Shown here one piece after another: positions 59,680 through 64,000 of a DNA stretch of 64,000 nucleotides. The DNA is from Octopus bimaculoides (lineage: Eukaryota): assembly GCF_001194135.2 (NCBI RefSeq), contig NC_068983.1, positions 91,864,252-91,928,251 on the forward strand, given 5' to 3'. The number at the start of each line of letters is the position of its first letter. The first letter of the stretch is position 1. Both the position numbers and the translations under genes were made by a program. Below the pieces are notes generated by a model, which had not been told where the DNA came from, made no database searches, and was given only the letters and a program-made list of their open reading frames with translations.

Positions 59680-60260
59680 ATGATAGGGTAGAACAGTATT
59701 TACATTGGAAAACATGTAAAAACTACAAAATAGGCATTTCTGCTTACTGGTATGAACATGATCCTGAAGGTAAAAATGTCACTATCCTCTGGGATTTTCT
59801 AGTCAACACCAACAGAGCGATCCAGGCTAATTGATCAGATATAATTATAAAAGACAGGGAAGAAAATAATTGTAGACTAATAGATGTGAGTGTTCTCATT
59901 GATAAAAATATATCTGTAAATAAAAAAAATGTGGCATCTTAAAGCAAGAACTGTTCCTGTTATTATAGGTGTCCTAGGTATGATAAAAAAGGGATGTCAG
60001 AAACATCTAGACAACATCCCATGTCTGAGAGAAATCCAAAAGATTGTGCTAAGTACTGCCCACATCCTTAAAAAACCCGATCAATTTAAATATCTGTGTT
60101 GCATTACATGAAGATATTTCGCTACTGCTCCTGCCAGTTCCCCTCCCTAAGCTTTCAGTCAAACTGTAACATTGCTTATTTTTCACTCACCCTAGGGCAC
60201 TGGGTGTGTCTTGGCAAGTGATTGTAACAAACATGCAGATTAAAAGTAAATAACAACAAT
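59680..60260 (+). mobile_element. R4/Dong-like RLE non-LTR 3' fragment
   Basis: HDRVEQYLHW, WYEHDP..ILWDFLVNT, SDIIIKD..LIDVSV, ARTVPVIIGVLG, EIQKIVL.TAHIL. Confidence 0.78.
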
Positions 60261-61879
60261 AATAATAATTGTAGTAAAATATTTTTAATTGTAATGCTTC
60301 TAGAGAGATATCTTTTGAGAAATTTCTATATCAAAACATTTTAAGGAAAATCAGGCATAAGTCTGTGAGGAGTTGATTTATCTTTTTTGCTGCAGAATTT
60401 TGAGCATTGTATGGAGCAACTGAGAACGATATTGATGAGATTTGTAACATTTGGTATGGATGACTCCATTTGGGTTGTTTCCACATTTGGAATAACTCTA
60501 GTTAGATTGTATGAGTGCAGTTGGCTTCTACAGCAAAAGCAACTGAATTCTGTAACAAGTGCGGCTGCATTCTACAAGCACAGGCTGGCTCCTGCAACAA
60601 TAGATGGATTTGAAAATGATACCATGCCCAATAAGCCTGAGTTTGGAAGCAAGACTATACAAGAAGTCAAATGCATTATAAAAAGAAAACAGATATATAT
60701 ACCATTCCTGTGGTTGAAACATGGCAAATTTGAGATATTTGTCATCAACCAGATAGTCATATGAGCAGTACAATTTAATGAGGTTAGTAGGTCAACAAAG
60801 GAAGTTAAACTAAGCAGCGAAATAAGGTGATTCAATTAGTACAAAGCCTAACTAGAGCTAAACGAAATATATAGTCAGATTTTATTGTAAAAAATATTGC
60901 ACAACTGAATCCAAAGGCTGAAAATAATAATTAAAGCTGAATGAATTAACTGTATTATAAGTATTTTGCTTAATATAATGAAAATAGTGAAATACCTTTT
61001 GCTTCTTGGCTTGGTCAATAGGAGTATCAGTCCACAGAGATCTGTCCTTAGACTCGCATATACTTTTTGATTGCCTAAATGTTCTTGCAACAAGGCCAAG
61101 ACCAGGGCCTATCTCTGGAGGCAGCTCCACCATCCATGTTTCCCGGCTTAAAACTTCATCATCTACCTAAAAGTGACAGGATGGATATATATTATACATG
61201 TATATATAAATTCCATTCTCTTTGTTAATATGTGTGTACACAACAGTTATTTGAATAAATCCTTTTCAATATTAAATGTTATATTACTCAATGGATTTTT
61301 AAAAATGGTTAACTAGAAAGTAGAGAAGCATTTTACATTAATCACATAATTTCAGTATTGGGTTTCTAAGTTACAGGTAATTGTTTGTCTTAAAACATTT
61401 TGATACATCTTCTCATGGAAATTTATAATCTATGTATATGTTTCATGACTTGAACTTTCATGAATGCAAACTCTACTTTCAAACATCTGATGAGATAGAT
61501 ACGTCCTAAGCACCCGTCTTTAAGTCTTGTGGAGCTGAGTCAAATTATTATTAAATACATTTCACTCCAACCAAGTGTATTCAGTACTACTTTCTTTTGT
61601 TTACTCACTTCTACACACATACACACGTATATGAAATTTCTACTGAAGGTAATGTAAAAGCGAGAGTAACATTTTTTATTAACTGACAAAGGTCATTTTA
61701 AACTGCACATGTACTCTTCCTTTATTCAAAAAAGTACTACTTGATATATTCCATATCACAAGCAATGTATGTGAGCCACTGTTGAACGCAAGTCTCAGAT
61801 CCACAGTTAAATTGTGCAACGATAAAAAAAGTTATGCTTCCTTTTGTATTACTTTCAGGTTGTGGGGTGGGGCAGTTCA

Positions 61880-62262
61880 TTTTCTATTGCATGGTACCTT
61901 CAGCAAATGTCTTCTACTTTAGACACAAGTTGAAAAAAAGACTTGTGAGAGGATATGGAAAATGAAAACTGAAAAAAGCCCACCATGTGTGTGTGTGTGC
62001 GCGCACGCGCATGACTATTTGAGTCTTCTTGACTTGACATCATGTAATAGTTATTGATGAGCAGCACTGTCCTTTGCTTTCAGACTTCTGTGAAAAATGT
62101 CTGTCTAGCCATAGGGAAACAATTCCTCATTTGGAAACAGTTAAGGGTTGGTGACAGGAAGGGCATCTGACTAGAAAATAAGCCTCAATAAATTTCTATC
62201 TAACCTATGCAAGCATAGTAAAGTAAACATTAAAATGATGAGGATGAAGATGACTTTGATGA
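61880..62262 (+). mobile_element. SINE with family-B-like head and RTE-type 3' tail
   Basis: AAATGTCTTCTAC..GACTTGTGAG..AAACTGAAAAAAGCCC, (TG)n, then GACAGGAAGGGCATC..AGCAT..CATTAAAATGATGAGGATGAAGATGA. Confidence 0.6.
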
Positions 62263-63234
62263 TACACACACACACATATATAATGAACATCTTTTAATCA
62301 AAAATCAATGAGACCAGAAATCTAAAGAGGACTCAATACAGGTTAAAGATAATTGCAAAACAAATAGTTGTATTTTTAGCAAAGAAACTCCACTTTCATT
62401 AACACAATAGGTCTTCTGAAACTGAATTCTTTGAATCTGTAAACACAGTTGAAGTATTTCAGAATACTTGTTTGTGACCCAAATATTTTGGAATAAATTC
62501 GATTAATAATATTTAAAATAATTTCGCCACAAAATTAGTCATAGCACAATAAAAGGCAGATAGAATAATTGAACTATGTCACTTCAAGTTATGTGAACAC
62601 ATACATACCTAGAAAATATACATACACACTTACTAGTATAATAAATATATAATTAAATGACTAATTGAAATAATATGCAGAATATAGATACCTAATTAAA
62701 TCAACGATAAAAAATTATAGTAAATTCAATATGCATAAAAAATGTAACTCATCAGTGATCTATTTGCAAACCTGTCATTAAACGTGCAAACACTTAACAA
62801 ATATATATGTATATGCTTGGACATAAAAATCTTACATACTTTAAGATACACATGTATGTATAATAATTTAAACTGTTATAAATGAAATTTGTTCCAAAAT
62901 GTTTGAAACACTGAAAAATATTTTATAAATACTTAAATATATTTAAAAATTCAAAGCAAACAGTTTCAAAAGAGCTATTGAATTAGAGAAAGCAGAGTTT
63001 CTTTGCACCATTAAATCTGTAAAATATTAACTGTATACAAATACACATACACACACATAGTGTGAGAGGATAACAAGAAGCAGGCCGTATTTCATTTATT
63101 TCATATCTATTATGATTGTTTCAGTAATTGATAATTAAGATTGATGAATGATCAGAAATTATGAATTATAACTTACAAAATATATTTAACTCCTTACCCA
63201 GCAAAGATGAGTTAACTTGTCTTCTAGAATATCA

Positions 63235-63645
63235 ATTGATCAAGACACAGCTGATATGACTCCTATGGATTTTTTTAGTGTTTTTTGTGACAACAGAACT
63301 ATTGATTGAGTTATGGACGAAACTAACCGTTTTGCTGAACTGGAAAAAGAGATTATATGTGGCACCCTGTAACAAAGGCAGAAATTTGTGTGTTTTTTCA
63401 CCTTGGAAATGCTTGGGAGTATAGTGAAAATGCCAGATCAAGAAATGAACTGGTTGAAAGATGAACTACTTGAAAGACCAATTTTTCAGAAGCTGATCAG
63501 TTTGAAACACCATAATAAGATAAAACAGTGTCTTCATTTTGTGAATAATGAAACTTTTGAAGCAGAAACACATCCCAACCTAAAACTGTATAAAGTTTAT
63601 GATGTGCTTATGATGTTTAGTGAGAACTTTATGAAGTTCTATTTA
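63235..63645 (+). pseudogene. piggyBac transposase fragment
   Basis: TPMDFFSVF..DETNRFA; GSIVKMP..W.KDELLERPIFQKLIS..IKQCLHFVNN..KLYKVY. Confidence 0.78.
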
Positions 63646-63845
63646 TACCATTCAATATTTACTGTGTCTATGCAACAGAAATCCCCAAAACTATCTCTCT
63701 ATTCTCCCTCGTGCTGGCATAACACCCCTCTGCTTTACTCTGTCTCTTTCGATATCTGCTTTTATCAGTCTCTCTCGATCCCCCTCACTCTCAATCTCTC
63801 TTCTCCTCCCTCTTTGCATTGACCCCTCGCTTCGTCTGCCAGGCC

Positions 63846-63961
63846 TATAAAACTAGCGCGTGTGACCGAAATACTTCTGCAGCAATGGACTTGGTGCACC
63901 CACCCTCCCACTCCCACCACCAGTACCGGAAGTCCCTATCTTCTACACCAGTACCGGAAGT
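63846..63961 (+). promoter_or_regulatory. Possible promoter-like patch (TATAAAA and two ETS-type CCGGAAGT motifs)
   Basis: TATAAAA 63846-63852; ACCAGTACCGGAAGT at 63919-63933 and 63947-63961; locally CpG-rich. May belong to a repeat truncated by the window edge. Confidence 0.25.
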
Positions 63962-64000
63962 TCTTAACTGTCTCCCATGAATACTTCTAAAGACTCCACG

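Overview
AT-rich, microsatellite-studded eukaryotic DNA with seven N-gaps, made almost entirely of decayed and nested transposable elements. The repeat families (RTE LINE with (GAT)n tail, tRNA-derived SINEs with (ATT)n tails) resemble those of octopus/cephalopod genomes; the organism call is an inference. No host protein-coding exon could be supported. Inventory: about 7 Penelope-like element (PLE) fragments, about 12 RTE LINE pieces, one Tx1/L1-type LINE, one CR1/L2-group LINE with a CCCH ORF1, two R4/Dong-type (restriction-like endonuclease) fragments, an RT-deleted Gypsy element inserted into an RTE (TSD GAATC), three mariners, Tc1/maT, pogo and piggyBac relics, a 202-bp MITE, and many SINEs. 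Most notable: (1) a 1.75-kb non-autonomous LTR element with a tRNA-Trp PBS and AGAAT TSD nested in a mariner; (2) a ~505-bp fold-back palindrome beside a PLE whose arms carry a hammerhead-ribozyme-like motif with a very long structured stem II, plus further long-stem-II and variant-core hammerhead-like motifs elsewhere; (3) several other fold-back palindromes; (4) a Gypsy LTR whose 3' end appears to be built from serial LTR-end/PBS units; (5) a PHD finger embedded in the RTE reverse transcriptase; (6) LINE-SINE tail sharing. Ribozyme assignments are motif-based and untested. Boundaries of decayed elements are approximate.
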